Positions 8,816-18,802 of a stretch of DNA of 53,767 bases are shown here, piece by piece. The stretch is taken from contig JAZKFH010000028.1 in assembly GCA_040386535.1 (NCBI GenBank), forward strand, positions 1 through 53,767. Reading direction: 5' to 3'. Position 1 is the stretch's first letter. Each line of letters opens with the position of its first letter. Both the position numbers and the translations under genes were made by a program. The notes below the pieces were generated by a model. That model saw only the letters and a list, made by a program, of their open reading frames with translations. It did no database searches and was not told the DNA's origin. The DNA comes from Myxococcota bacterium (GTDB taxonomy: Bacteria > Myxococcota_A > UBA796 > SXON01).

Positions 8816-9496
8816 ATGTCAGTCAAAGGCAGATTGTTGGGCGCCCTCGGCGCGTTCGTCCTCACCGAGGCCCGCGTGACCGCTGCGGTGTCCCTGTCGC
8901 CACGGCTCCGCCGGATCACCCTCCAAGGCGACGGCCTGAAGGGGGTGGCGTGGCACCCGGGCGACAAGGTACAGGTCCTGCTACCAAGCCAGGACACCCG
9001 CACCTACACGCCGTGCGCGTGGGACGGGGCGCGGGGTGTCACGTCGTTGCTGGTGTTCTCCCACGGCCAGGGCCCGGGTTCCCTGTGGGGCGCCGGGCTG
9101 AAACCCGGTGATCTGGTCCGCTTCGTCGGGCCCCAACGTTCGATCACCGTCCCGCGCGGCCCCGTCGTGTTGTTCGGCGACGAGACCACGTTCGCGCTCG
9201 CCGAAGCGCTCGACGCCACGGCGGTGTTCGAGGTATCCGACCTCGAGGCCGCCGCCGCGTTCGTCCGTACGCGCACGCGCACGGTCACCATCCCGTCGAA
9301 CGGCACGGCGCACCTCGACGCCGTTGCCGGGGCGCTCGCCGACGCGTTCGTGGGCGCGGGAGCGGGCGCCACCATCGCGCTCGCGGGCCGCGCGAAGTCG
9401 ATCCAGGCGGTACGCGCAGGGCTCTCCGCCCGGGGCATCGCCGCGCCCCGCCACGTGAAGGCGTACTGGGCGGACGGGCGCGTCGGGTTGGACTGA
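8816..9496 (+). CDS. Siderophore-interacting protein (FAD-binding, ViuB/YqjH-like)
   Basis: SPRLRRITL, RTYT, HGQGPGSLW, GDET and C-terminal YW motifs; ATG 8816. Confidence 0.85.
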   Translation: MSVKGRLLGALGAFVLTEARVTAAVSLSPRLRRITLQGDGLKGVAWHPGDKVQVLLPSQDTRTYTPCAWDGARGVTSLLVFSHGQGPGSLWGAGLKPGDLVRFVGPQRSITVPRGPVVLFGDETTFALAEALDATAVFEVSDLEAAAAFVRTRTRTVTIPSNGTAHLDAVAGALADAFVGAGAGATIALAGRAKSIQAVRAGLSARGIAAPRHVKAYWADGRVGLD

Positions 9497-9516
9497 ACCC
9501 GCGCGGCCCTGCCCCC

Positions 9517-12500
9517 TCAGAACCGCCACTTCCGTGTCAACCCCACCGAGCTGATCCCCGACGTTCCGGTCGTGAAATCGAATTGCCACGCGCGGTCCAG
9601 GCGCACCTCGAGGGTCACCTCGCCCACGTTCTCCTCGGTGGGATCGGCGTCCCAGTTGTAGGCGCCGAGCAGGAACATGTTGGCGCCGATGCGGCGGCCC
9701 ACGCGGACACCGTCCACGCCGAGGTCGAACACGTCGAAGGCGCGGGAGCTGCTGCTGTCGTCCTTCACGATCGAGCTCGCCGCGGACGCGACGACCGCGC
9801 CCAACAGTTGGCCGCCGGCGGCGGCGTCCGACCCGCCCAGATCGCTGGTCGGGCTGCCGAGGATGAGCACCGCCAGCACGTCGTCCTCGGCGAGGTCGGG
9901 GTTGTCGCTCGAGAAGGCGAGGTTCAGGTTGGACGGGGTGCCGGTGATGTTGGTGGTGATGTCTCCGTACTGACCGGTGCGGTGCACGGCGACGAGATCG
10001 AGCACCGGCGAGGTGTAGTCGCGGCCGGTGAAGGAGATGCTGTCACCGGTGAGCTCGAACGGCACGCTGAACACGCGCGCGGTGCCACGGATGGGGACCA
10101 ACTGTCCGACGAGCGAGAGTTGGCCGTTGGAGATGCGCGCGTCGAGCTGGCCGTCGAGCTGGGTGCTGACCTGGATCGACGAGTAGTTCTTCAGCGCGCT
10201 GGTCAACATCTGCTCGAGCGGCAGGCTCGCGTCGAGGAACGCGTTGCGCTCGAGCTTGACCGTCACGTCGAGGTCGAGCCAATCGGGCATCCCGACGGGC
10301 GGCTCCTTGGTCTCGCGCGGCTCCGTCCGCTCGACGTCGCCCTCGCGGATGACCTCGATGTCGGAGTCCAGCCGCAACGCGCTGGTCTTGGTGAAGAAGC
10401 GCTCGGGCACGACCAGCTGGCCCTCGACCACCGAGATGTCCCCGGTGACGCGGAGCTTCTCGTCGCGGTCTGACACCTTGAGGGTGCCGTCGGTGCGGAG
10501 CACCTGGGCGGGCAGATCGAGGATCCAGGCGCTGTCGAAGCGGAGGTTGCCGTCGAACACGGGGCGTTGGCCCTCGCGGCGCGCGGAGACCGTGCCGTCG
10601 ATGGTGCCGGTGTTGACGCCGGTGCGCTCGGTCTTCCGCTTGCCGCCCGTCACGCGGGAGGTGCGCACGTGCAGGCCGTCGATGCGCAGCCCGTCGCGGG
10701 TGAACTCGCCGGCGAACGCGGCCTCGCTGTAGTGCACGCCGGTGAGGCCGAGCACGAAGTCGCCGTCCTTGAGGCCGAAGATGAAGTCGGGCGAGGGGTC
10801 GGCGAGGGAGCCGGTGACGGTGCCGTTGACGGCGAGGGTGCCGCTGCCGTCCACCAGGGTGGGCCAGGCGGCGCTGATGGCGGCCAGGGGCACCTCGCTC
10901 GCCGCCACCTTGATGGCGAGGCCGGTGCGCTTGAGCTCTGCCGCCATGTCGCCGCCCAGCCGCGGGTTGAACGGCACGAAGCCGGTCACGGCGACCGCGC
11001 TGGGGCCGCCGAAGCCGAGGTTGGCGTCGACCTGGTATCCCCCGTCGGCGGGGAGGAGGGAGACGAGGGCCGGCGAGAGCGCCACATCGCCGAGGCGGCC
11101 GCCAGTGAGGAACAGGGCGCCTTCCAGCTGCGGCGTGCGCACGTCGCCGCTGACGTGGAGGCCGCCGGAGAGATCTCCGAGGAAGCTGGACGGCAGATCG
11201 ATGAGCGCGCCGAGGGTCTGGATGGGGAGGCGGAGCGGCACCACGTCGAGCTCGACCGCGCCCACCCACGACTCGGGCAGGGCGAGATCGACCTTCGGCC
11301 CCTCGCCGAGCAGGCTGCGCACGACCTCGCGGACATGGAGGGCCACCGTGCCGTCGACCTGGGCGCGCCGCTCGAAGCGCTCGCGCGCCACCGCGCGCAG
11401 CTTGAACAGGCCACCCTCGGTGACGCCATCCAGATCGACCTGCACCCAGTCGCTCTCCTGCCCGACCGGCGCCGAGAGCGCCGCCACCACGGTGAGGACG
11501 GGATCGAGCATCGGGCCGGTCAGGCCGATCTCGGCGGACGCGCGGAAGGTCGGGAGGTCGAGGGCGGGCAGGGCCGCTGTCCACCCCTCGGAGCCCGCCG
11601 GAGGGAGCACGACGTGGATGTCGATGTCGCCGTCGGTGATCAGGCCCGGCGCGTCCAGGGCGAGCGAGAACGGGATGTCGCCTTTGACCGTCGCGAGCGT
11701 GCCGCCCATGGACCGGATCGCGCCCTCCGCCGAGAGGCGGCGGTCTCCACCGACGGCCTGGACATCAACGTCGAGCTCCTGGACCACGTCGGGGATCTTG
11801 AGGCCGACCGCCTTGATGTCGGCGAGCAGCTTCGGCTCCGAGGCGTGCCCCTGCAACGACCCGTGCACGTTCACGATGCCGGCGTAGCCGGCGAAGACGT
11901 CGGGCAACACCTCCGGAAGCACGTTGAGGTTCAGGTCGTTGGCGTTCACGCGCAGATCGACCGCGCCCTTCATCTGCAGGTCGCCGTCCACCGCGAGGAG
12001 CTGCTTGCCGGAGACGAGACGGATGTGCGCGTCCGCCACGCCCCCCTCCACTAGCCGGACCGACTGAACGCCCTCCCCCTTCCACATGACCTCGGGGATG
12101 GGCGAGAGCTCCAGCCGGCGCGCGCGGATCGCCATCGCGCGGATGTCCATCTCGCCGTCGAGCCCGAGCACAGTCCGCGTCTTGTGCATCAGGTCGAGCA
12201 CGACGCTGACGGTGTCTCCGGCGAAGCGGGCGCGCCCGCTGCCCAGGTCGGTGGCGAGGCCCGCCACGGTCAGGTCGACGGTCTTCAGCTCGGCGGTGCC
12301 GTCCATCCGCCCCGCCCCCGTGCGGGTCATCGCGATGTTTGCGGCGACGGACTCGGCGCTCACCTGGGGACCGAGCACGCCGGCGAGGGAGGTAACCGCG
12401 TCGATCACCATCGCGCCGCTGGGCGCCAGCTTGAACGTGCCCTCGACGCGGCCGGTCGCCGCGGAGTAGGCGTTGGCGGTGACCGGGACGACGGCGGACA

Positions 12501-14169
12501 GGTCGAGGCCCACGGTCGCGTCCACGCCCGCCGCCTTGCTCCACGCGACCCGCACCGGGCCGCGCACGGTGGTCGCGTCGAGGATCTTCGCCCACCCCAC
12601 CCGCGTGCCGCGGATCGCCCCCTCGGCGGCGACGCCGAGCTCGTCCCCCCAGCCGTACCGAACGTTTCCGCCAAAGCTGACGCGGCCGCGGCCGCCGCGC
12701 GCGCCGAAGCGGTCGAGCTGGGCGAGGTCGACGAAGGCGGTCGTGAGCCGCGCGTCGCCGCGGGACTCGAGGAGCCGGACGGTGACGGCGCCGTCGACGC
12801 CCATGCCCGGGGCGTCCACGTGGATGGCGGGCGCCTCGATGACGCCCTTGGAGAGATGGGCGGTGCCGCTGGCGGCGATCGTGTCGAGCGTCGCGAGCCG
12901 CGGCGACGTGAGCGCGAAGGCGACGTTGCCCTCGAGGTCGTTCGGCCAGCCGAGGCCCGCGCCGTCGACCGTGACCACCCCGCCGATCACGGTGGGATCG
13001 GGCGCGGCGGGGACGAAGCTGTGCACGGACACGGTGTCGAGCGTGACGTGGGCGTTCCAGGTGGGGCGCGCCTCGCGCAGATCGATCGCGGCGTTGGCCT
13101 GCAGCCCGCCGCCCGGCGTCATCATGTCGAGCGCCACGGCGGGCGCGCGCATGAGCCCGGCCACCCCGCCCGTCGCGTCGAACACGCCGGTGACGGGCAG
13201 CGCCGTCGTGCCGGGAGGCGCGTCCGCCGGCACGGGCGGCAACAGCGGCGCCAGCGAGTCGGTGTCGACGTGGAGCGCCTCGATCTGCACGCCCAGCGTG
13301 GCCTCGCCGTCCAGCCGACCGATGCCCCCGGCGAGCTGAGCCCGGTTGGGCCCGATGCCCAGGTCGGCGCGGTCGAACCAGAGCGTCGTCGGGTCCCAGC
13401 GCAGGTCCGAGCCGAGGGAGAGCGGGCCGAGCGCGGGGGTGGTGGCCGGCGCGTCGAGCTGAAGCCCGTTCACCAGCACCGCGGGCCCGCGGAACTCGAC
13501 CCCGCCGACGAGCGTGCCGCCGTCGAGGCCGTAGCGGGCGGACTCCACCTTGTCGTCGCCCACGATGCGGTAGGTGACCGTCGCGTCGCTCACCTGCACG
13601 TCGGGGAGGACGAGGTTGATCCCGATGCCGGTCCACGGCTTGGCCGGGGTGGGAGCGGGCACCCCGTCGTCCCACATCGCGGCGATGTCGAGGCCCGCCG
13701 GGGTCTGCGTGAGCGTGAGGTCCAGACCCTCGATGCGCACCGTCGGCACGAGCAGCCGGCCGCCGACGAGCCCGCCGAGCCGGTACTCCAGCGAGAGCGA
13801 GTCGACATGGCCGACGAGGTTGCCCGCGGCGTCCCGGAGCGTGATGTCGCGCACGGACGCCCGCGAGAACAGGTCGGTCTCGAGGTCCCCCGCGGTGAGC
13901 GTGCCGTTGACCGGCCCCACGAGCCCGAGCAGCTTGTCGCGGATCCACACCCCGCCGGCGTCCGTGCGCGCCCAGATCGCGGCCCCGATCACGACCGCCG
14001 CGACGAGCCCGAACAGGCCCGCCGCCACGAAGAAGCAGCCCGAGAGCAGGCGCCACCGACGGGGGTGCGCGGCAGGCGGGATCCCGGACGGGGCACCCTC
14101 CTCCCCAGGGCCCTGCGTGGGGCCCTCCGGAGCGCCGTCCGGCGCGGGCACGCCCGCCTCGTCGCTCAT
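9517..14169 (-). CDS. tamB: Translocation and assembly module TamB (AsmA-like)
   Basis: About 1550 aa, single N-terminal TM, beta-rich body, DUF490-like C-terminus (GTARVF...PVLD..A...ITGTP...FSS..P.L...DVLAVL); start overlaps the tamA stop. Confidence 0.85.
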   Translation of the reverse strand: MSDEAGVPAPDGAPEGPTQGPGEEGAPSGIPPAAHPRRWRLLSGCFFVAAGLFGLVAAVVIGAAIWARTDAGGVWIRDKLLGLVGPVNGTLTAGDLETDLFSRASVRDITLRDAAGNLVGHVDSLSLEYRLGGLVGGRLLVPTVRIEGLDLTLTQTPAGLDIAAMWDDGVPAPTPAKPWTGIGINLVLPDVQVSDATVTYRIVGDDKVESARYGLDGGTLVGGVEFRGPAVLVNGLQLDAPATTPALGPLSLGSDLRWDPTTLWFDRADLGIGPNRAQLAGGIGRLDGEATLGVQIEALHVDTDSLAPLLPPVPADAPPGTTALPVTGVFDATGGVAGLMRAPAVALDMMTPGGGLQANAAIDLREARPTWNAHVTLDTVSVHSFVPAAPDPTVIGGVVTVDGAGLGWPNDLEGNVAFALTSPRLATLDTIAASGTAHLSKGVIEAPAIHVDAPGMGVDGAVTVRLLESRGDARLTTAFVDLAQLDRFGARGGRGRVSFGGNVRYGWGDELGVAAEGAIRGTRVGWAKILDATTVRGPVRVAWSKAAGVDATVGLDLSAVVPVTANAYSAATGRVEGTFKLAPSGAMVIDAVTSLAGVLGPQVSAESVAANIAMTRTGAGRMDGTAELKTVDLTVAGLATDLGSGRARFAGDTVSVVLDLMHKTRTVLGLDGEMDIRAMAIRARRLELSPIPEVMWKGEGVQSVRLVEGGVADAHIRLVSGKQLLAVDGDLQMKGAVDLRVNANDLNLNVLPEVLPDVFAGYAGIVNVHGSLQGHASEPKLLADIKAVGLKIPDVVQELDVDVQAVGGDRRLSAEGAIRSMGGTLATVKGDIPFSLALDAPGLITDGDIDIHVVLPPAGSEGWTAALPALDLPTFRASAEIGLTGPMLDPVLTVVAALSAPVGQESDWVQVDLDGVTEGGLFKLRAVARERFERRAQVDGTVALHVREVVRSLLGEGPKVDLALPESWVGAVELDVVPLRLPIQTLGALIDLPSSFLGDLSGGLHVSGDVRTPQLEGALFLTGGRLGDVALSPALVSLLPADGGYQVDANLGFGGPSAVAVTGFVPFNPRLGGDMAAELKRTGLAIKVAASEVPLAAISAAWPTLVDGSGTLAVNGTVTGSLADPSPDFIFGLKDGDFVLGLTGVHYSEAAFAGEFTRDGLRIDGLHVRTSRVTGGKRKTERTGVNTGTIDGTVSARREGQRPVFDGNLRFDSAWILDLPAQVLRTDGTLKVSDRDEKLRVTGDISVVEGQLVVPERFFTKTSALRLDSDIEVIREGDVERTEPRETKEPPVGMPDWLDLDVTVKLERNAFLDASLPLEQMLTSALKNYSSIQVSTQLDGQLDARISNGQLSLVGQLVPIRGTARVFSVPFELTGDSISFTGRDYTSPVLDLVAVHRTGQYGDITTNITGTPSNLNLAFSSDNPDLAEDDVLAVLILGSPTSDLGGSDAAAGGQLLGAVVASAASSIVKDDSSSSRAFDVFDLGVDGVRVGRRIGANMFLLGAYNWDADPTEENVGEVTLEVRLDRAWQFDFTTGTSGISSVGLTRKWRF

Positions 14170-16250
14170 CAGAACGCCTCGGCGAGCGAGAGGTGCACGG
14201 TCGGGCGGGGGTGGCCGATGAAGTACTCGGGGTCCCGCAAACGGAAGCCGACGTCGAGCCGGATGGGGCCGACCGGGGTGCCGTACCGCAAGCCGCCGCC
14301 CACGCTGACCTGGAGCTCCGAGATGTTGAACTTGTCGATGCGGTCCCACACGCGGCCGGCGTCCACGAACAACACGCCCGTGAGCCCGAGCGGCAGGCCC
14401 TTCCGGATCTCCAGGTTGCCGTACAGGCTCAGCGCGCCGCCGGCGGGGAGCTGCCGCTCGAGCGTGCTGCACGGGGCCGGGACCTTGGAATCGCCGGGCA
14501 GCTCGAAGCCGGGGAACCCTTCTTCGACCTCGGGGCAATCGATCTCGACGTAGGGGCCCAGCCGGTTGGCCGCCCACCCGCGCACCGTGTTGGATCCGCC
14601 CAGGTAGAGCAGCTCCGCGTAGGGCGCGGTCGGCTTGGCGCCGGTCTCCTCGGACCCGTAGGGGATGATGACGCCGCCGCCGAGCCGCCCGGCGAGCACC
14701 GTGTCGGGGTCCCACCCGAACAGCGACACGATGCCGCGGTAGGTGCGCACCTCACCCTGCGCGCGCAGGAAGCTGAAGTCCCCCTCGTTGAACACGCCCG
14801 CCTCGGAGAGCGCCGCGCTCCAGTACCAGCCGCGCGTCGTGTTGGTGGGATCGTTGCGCCCGTCGTACACGACCTTCTGCTCCAGCATGGAGAGCAGGTA
14901 GGGGTTGGTCAGGTCGCGGCCGAGCGGCGAGTCCTCGATGGCCGAGAGCTCCTCGAAGTCGAAGTAATTGTAGAACCGGATCTTGTACCCGACCGAGATG
15001 CGCAGCTTCTCGAAGCCGGTGTAGGCGAGGGTCGGGGCGAACGACGTGGCGAAGTAGGAGTACGCTGGCTCGAGCCCCACCTCGACGCGGCCCTCGTTGA
15101 GCTGCGACCAGTCCCCGCCGAACAGGTGGGGCAGCTCGACCGAGCCCTTCACGTCGACCACGGGCTTGATGTCGGCGGGGCGGAGCTGCGGCACCGACTG
15201 GATGTTCTCCACGATGGCGCCCACGCCGGCGCGGGCCTCCTGCTTCAGGCGCCACAGCCGGCCGCCGAGGTTCTGGTCCTCGTAGGCGGCCTGCGCCAGG
15301 ATCGCGATCTTGCCGGTCTCCGCCTCGAACACCGGCCCCGCGCGCAGCTCGCGGAACTTCGCCTCCTTGACCTCGATCTTCACCGGCACGACCGGCGAGG
15401 TGGGGTCGGACAGGTCGGGCACGATGTCCACCACGCCGAAGACGTGGAGCGCGTAGAGGCTCGCGCGGGTCTTGGCGATGGCGGTGGCCGAGTAGGGCTC
15501 GCCCTCCTCCACGTCGAGCAGGCCGCGCACGATGGACTCGGGCACCTTGTCCAGGCCAGCGATGGTGACGGGGCCGAAGCGGCAGGCGGGGCCCGTCGCG
15601 ACGGCGAGCTGGACGTCGACCGCGTGTTCTTCCGGGTGGACCTGCACGTTGCCGGTCACCTGGACGTGCGCGTACGAGCGGTCCAACAGCGTGGTGCGGA
15701 GGCTCGCGAGGGTGGTCTGGTACCCATCGAGCGTGAAGATGTCGCCCTTCTTGAGCGCCATCATGTCGCCGAGCCGGCGCTTGAGCGGGCCCATGAGCTT
15801 CTCGATGCCGACGATGACCACGTCTTCCCGAAGCTTCGAGGGGATCCCCTCCGCCACGTGGCCGATCGCCTTGATGCGCTGGAGCCGCTTCTTCTCGGGG
15901 CTGAGCCGCCGGAGCTCCCAGCCGAGGAACCGCGCGTCGAAGTAGCCCTGGTTCGCGTAGTAGATCTCGATGCGGAACGCGTCACTGTCGAGCTGTTCGC
16001 GGTCGAGCCAGGTGGGCTCCACGAGGCCGGGCATCAAGAAGGACTGCCACCTGGGCAACGTGTGGCTCATCGCGTTGCGCATCGCGCGCTTGTTCGGCCG
16101 CGTGATGTCACCGACGATGAAGCGCTTGTCGCCGCGCTCTCCCTCGAATTCGAAGCCGACGCCGCCCAGGGCGTCGCCACCGCGCCGCGAAGCGCAGCCC
16201 ACGAGGCCGAGCAGGAGGAGGGGGACGAGGAAGCGTATGGAGCGGGGCAC
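14169..16250 (-). CDS. tamA: Omp85-family TamA/BamA outer-membrane protein, with lipobox
   Basis: POTRA motifs (YYANQGYFDA, SYAHVQV, LYALHVF), loop-6 YLGGSNTVRGW, GGGLRYGTPVGPIRLD, terminal F; signal ends LVGC. GTG start inferred. Confidence 0.85.
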   Translation of the reverse strand: MPRSIRFLVPLLLLGLVGCASRRGGDALGGVGFEFEGERGDKRFIVGDITRPNKRAMRNAMSHTLPRWQSFLMPGLVEPTWLDREQLDSDAFRIEIYYANQGYFDARFLGWELRRLSPEKKRLQRIKAIGHVAEGIPSKLREDVVIVGIEKLMGPLKRRLGDMMALKKGDIFTLDGYQTTLASLRTTLLDRSYAHVQVTGNVQVHPEEHAVDVQLAVATGPACRFGPVTIAGLDKVPESIVRGLLDVEEGEPYSATAIAKTRASLYALHVFGVVDIVPDLSDPTSPVVPVKIEVKEAKFRELRAGPVFEAETGKIAILAQAAYEDQNLGGRLWRLKQEARAGVGAIVENIQSVPQLRPADIKPVVDVKGSVELPHLFGGDWSQLNEGRVEVGLEPAYSYFATSFAPTLAYTGFEKLRISVGYKIRFYNYFDFEELSAIEDSPLGRDLTNPYLLSMLEQKVVYDGRNDPTNTTRGWYWSAALSEAGVFNEGDFSFLRAQGEVRTYRGIVSLFGWDPDTVLAGRLGGGVIIPYGSEETGAKPTAPYAELLYLGGSNTVRGWAANRLGPYVEIDCPEVEEGFPGFELPGDSKVPAPCSTLERQLPAGGALSLYGNLEIRKGLPLGLTGVLFVDAGRVWDRIDKFNISELQVSVGGGLRYGTPVGPIRLDVGFRLRDPEYFIGHPRPTVHLSLAEAF

Positions 16251-16363
16251 GACCGGGGCCCTGTACCCTGGTGTCGCGTGCCGACGACACGGCCGCGCAC
16301 GGATGTCACATTTCGGGGCGAGTCCCCGCAACTGCGGACGCCCGCCGGGTCAGCCCCGGCGTG

Positions 16364-18451
16364 TCACTCGACGCTCGGCTGCGCGTCGTACCATTTGCGG
16401 GCGCTGACGAGGTGGAGCTTGCTCGTCGCCCCGTCGAGCTCCATCCCTACGTTGAGCGGCCCGTACTGCGCGTAGAGCTTGCCGAAGTACAGGAGCTGCT
16501 TGCGCCGGAGCTCCAGGGACAACCCGAAGTTCTTGCCGCCGCGAACCTCGAACTTCGGCATGTGCAGCACGGTGTCGCCGAGGCGGATCCGCGCCTCCCC
16601 CGACACGCCCTCGATGTCGAGCAGCCCGCGCACGAAGCCCGGCAGCGGCTCCTTCTGGGCGAACACGGTGATGAAGGGGACGGTGTCCCGCATCTTCAGG
16701 GTCAGGCTCGCGTCGAGGAACACGGCCGCGCCGGTGGCCGCGTGGCCGCGCGGGAGGTTGATCGTGGCCCACCACCCTTGCGAGGCGTCCTTGCCGCCCC
16801 GCCGCAGGGTCTTGTCGGAGATCGCGATGTTCCGCATCTCGAACCGGGAGCCGGAGATGTCGTAGTGCCCGTCGTTCAGGCGCGCCTCGGGCACCTTGGC
16901 CTCGAGCGACACGTCGCCGGTGATGGTCAGATCGTCGAGCGTGGCGCGGAGCTGCTTTCCGGAGACGAAGATCTCGCCGCGGCCGACGTTGTCGACCGTC
17001 GAGACCTCGAGCCGCCCGTTGACCGAGGCGGTGCCGCTCTGGAGGACGAGGCCCACGTCGGTCGGCAGGTAGGCGTTGAACACGCCCACGTCGCGCGCTT
17101 CGGAGGGCGGGATCACCAGGAGCACGTCGAGCGCGGTGAAGGGGGCGTCCAACGCAACGTCGTCCGTGCGGGCGGAGACGCTGAAGCCCTTGCCCTCGAC
17201 GTGGGGCGTGGCGTCCCCGTCGCGACTGATGGCGAAGTTGTCGAAGTCGATGCCGAGGCGGGACTCGGGCGTGCCGTCCTCCTGCGTCTTGACCTCGAAG
17301 CGCACGCCGCCGTCCCCCACGACCGAGTAGGACATGAAGCGCGCCGCGATGTCCTTCACGCCCGCCGTCAAGACGCTCCCCACCTGGAAGGCGCCGTTGT
17401 CCATCTTCACGTCGACGTGCAGATCGCCCTCGCCGCCGCGGACGCCGAGCCACGGGGCCTTGCGCAGGTAGTAGTCGAGGAACGCGAGGTTCTTGACCTT
17501 GGCGTCGAGCAGGATCTGGGCCGAGATGAAGCCGAACACGGTGCGGCCCGGGTGCTCCTTCGGCCGCAGGCCGTCGAGCGCGACCGCGACCTTGCCGTGC
17601 AGGCCGATGAGCAGCGCGTCGTCGCCCGTGACGATCTGCCCGTCGGCGATCTCGAGCACGGTGTCCGTGACCGACACGTAGAGGGTGGGCTGGAGGCGGA
17701 ACTCCTTGCTCGTGGCGCGCGCGTCCCCGACGAAGTGGTAGTCCCCCATCCACACTTCCCGCACGCCCTCGACAGCGACGTCGCCGAGCACGATCGTCCA
17801 GTAGTCGCCGGGGGGCGGGTAGATGTCCTCGGGGCGGGGCACCGGGGGGTTCTCCAGGCCCGCGATCGGCGGGGTACGCGGCGCGGCGGGCGGGGGCGCC
17901 ACGGTCGGCGCGGCGGGGTCTCCGCCCTCGGGCACCACGCCGTCGGCCACGGCGGGCTCGGGCACTACAGCGGGCTCGGGAACGACGGGGGGCTCGACGA
18001 GCGGAAGCACGATGCCCGCGACGGGCGGCACGGCGGGCGCCGGCGGGGCGGGAGGCGGCGGCGCGTCCTCTCGGGCGCGGTAGCGGAAGCTGGCGCCGCT
18101 CGCACGGATGGTGTGGGCGCTGAAGGTCTGGTCGAAGAGCGCCTGGATGTCGATGGTGGCGGCCGCGCGGTCCACCTCGATGAGCAGCTGATCCTGGGGG
18201 CTCTGGGAGCGGATCTGGAGGTTGCGCACCTCGACGTCGAAGGGCCGGATCATCCACGCCACGTCCCACGTGATGCGGACACGCTCGGGCTGGAGGTTGA
18301 TCACCATCGGCAGCCAGAGGTTGATGAACACGTTGGCGCCGAGGAGCATCACCAGCGGCAGCAGCATGAGCAGGACGAAGACGCGGGTGACGACGCCGAC
18401 CCAGTCCTTCTTCTTCACCGGCACCGGCTCGGGCGGGAGGGAGGGCTCCAT
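16364..18451 (-). CDS. Single-TM, beta-rich protein, possibly AsmA-like
   Basis: N-terminal TM, Pro-rich insert, long run of amphipathic beta strands; co-oriented upstream of tamA. The family assignment is tentative. Confidence 0.6.
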   Translation of the reverse strand: MEPSLPPEPVPVKKKDWVGVVTRVFVLLMLLPLVMLLGANVFINLWLPMVINLQPERVRITWDVAWMIRPFDVEVRNLQIRSQSPQDQLLIEVDRAAATIDIQALFDQTFSAHTIRASGASFRYRAREDAPPPPAPPAPAVPPVAGIVLPLVEPPVVPEPAVVPEPAVADGVVPEGGDPAAPTVAPPPAAPRTPPIAGLENPPVPRPEDIYPPPGDYWTIVLGDVAVEGVREVWMGDYHFVGDARATSKEFRLQPTLYVSVTDTVLEIADGQIVTGDDALLIGLHGKVAVALDGLRPKEHPGRTVFGFISAQILLDAKVKNLAFLDYYLRKAPWLGVRGGEGDLHVDVKMDNGAFQVGSVLTAGVKDIAARFMSYSVVGDGGVRFEVKTQEDGTPESRLGIDFDNFAISRDGDATPHVEGKGFSVSARTDDVALDAPFTALDVLLVIPPSEARDVGVFNAYLPTDVGLVLQSGTASVNGRLEVSTVDNVGRGEIFVSGKQLRATLDDLTITGDVSLEAKVPEARLNDGHYDISGSRFEMRNIAISDKTLRRGGKDASQGWWATINLPRGHAATGAAVFLDASLTLKMRDTVPFITVFAQKEPLPGFVRGLLDIEGVSGEARIRLGDTVLHMPKFEVRGGKNFGLSLELRRKQLLYFGKLYAQYGPLNVGMELDGATSKLHLVSARKWYDAQPSVE

Positions 18452-18802
18452 GCTCAACCCCGCCGGCGCGGATCGGCGGCGATTCCACGCGTCGCGTCGC
18501 GACCGATGCAGGTTGGAACCCGTGTCCCGTGAGACTCGACCGGGCCGTGTGTTCCGAAGCGCATGCTCCGTGGTAACGCGCGGCCCGGGCAGAGCTCACC
18601 ACACAGACGCCCCGGTACCCCGCCCTACGGCGCGGGCGTGCTTCCCGGCTTGCCGAGGAACCGGGCGGTCGAATAGGGGGGGCGCCGGTCGCGCGCCCAT
18701 GCCCCAACCCCCGAAACCCGCCTTTCTCCGGGCGCCGTACGGCGCGGCCCGGGGTCGCGGGTGGGCCCCGGGGAACGCCGAAGCGCGACCGGACGGTGCC
18801 CC

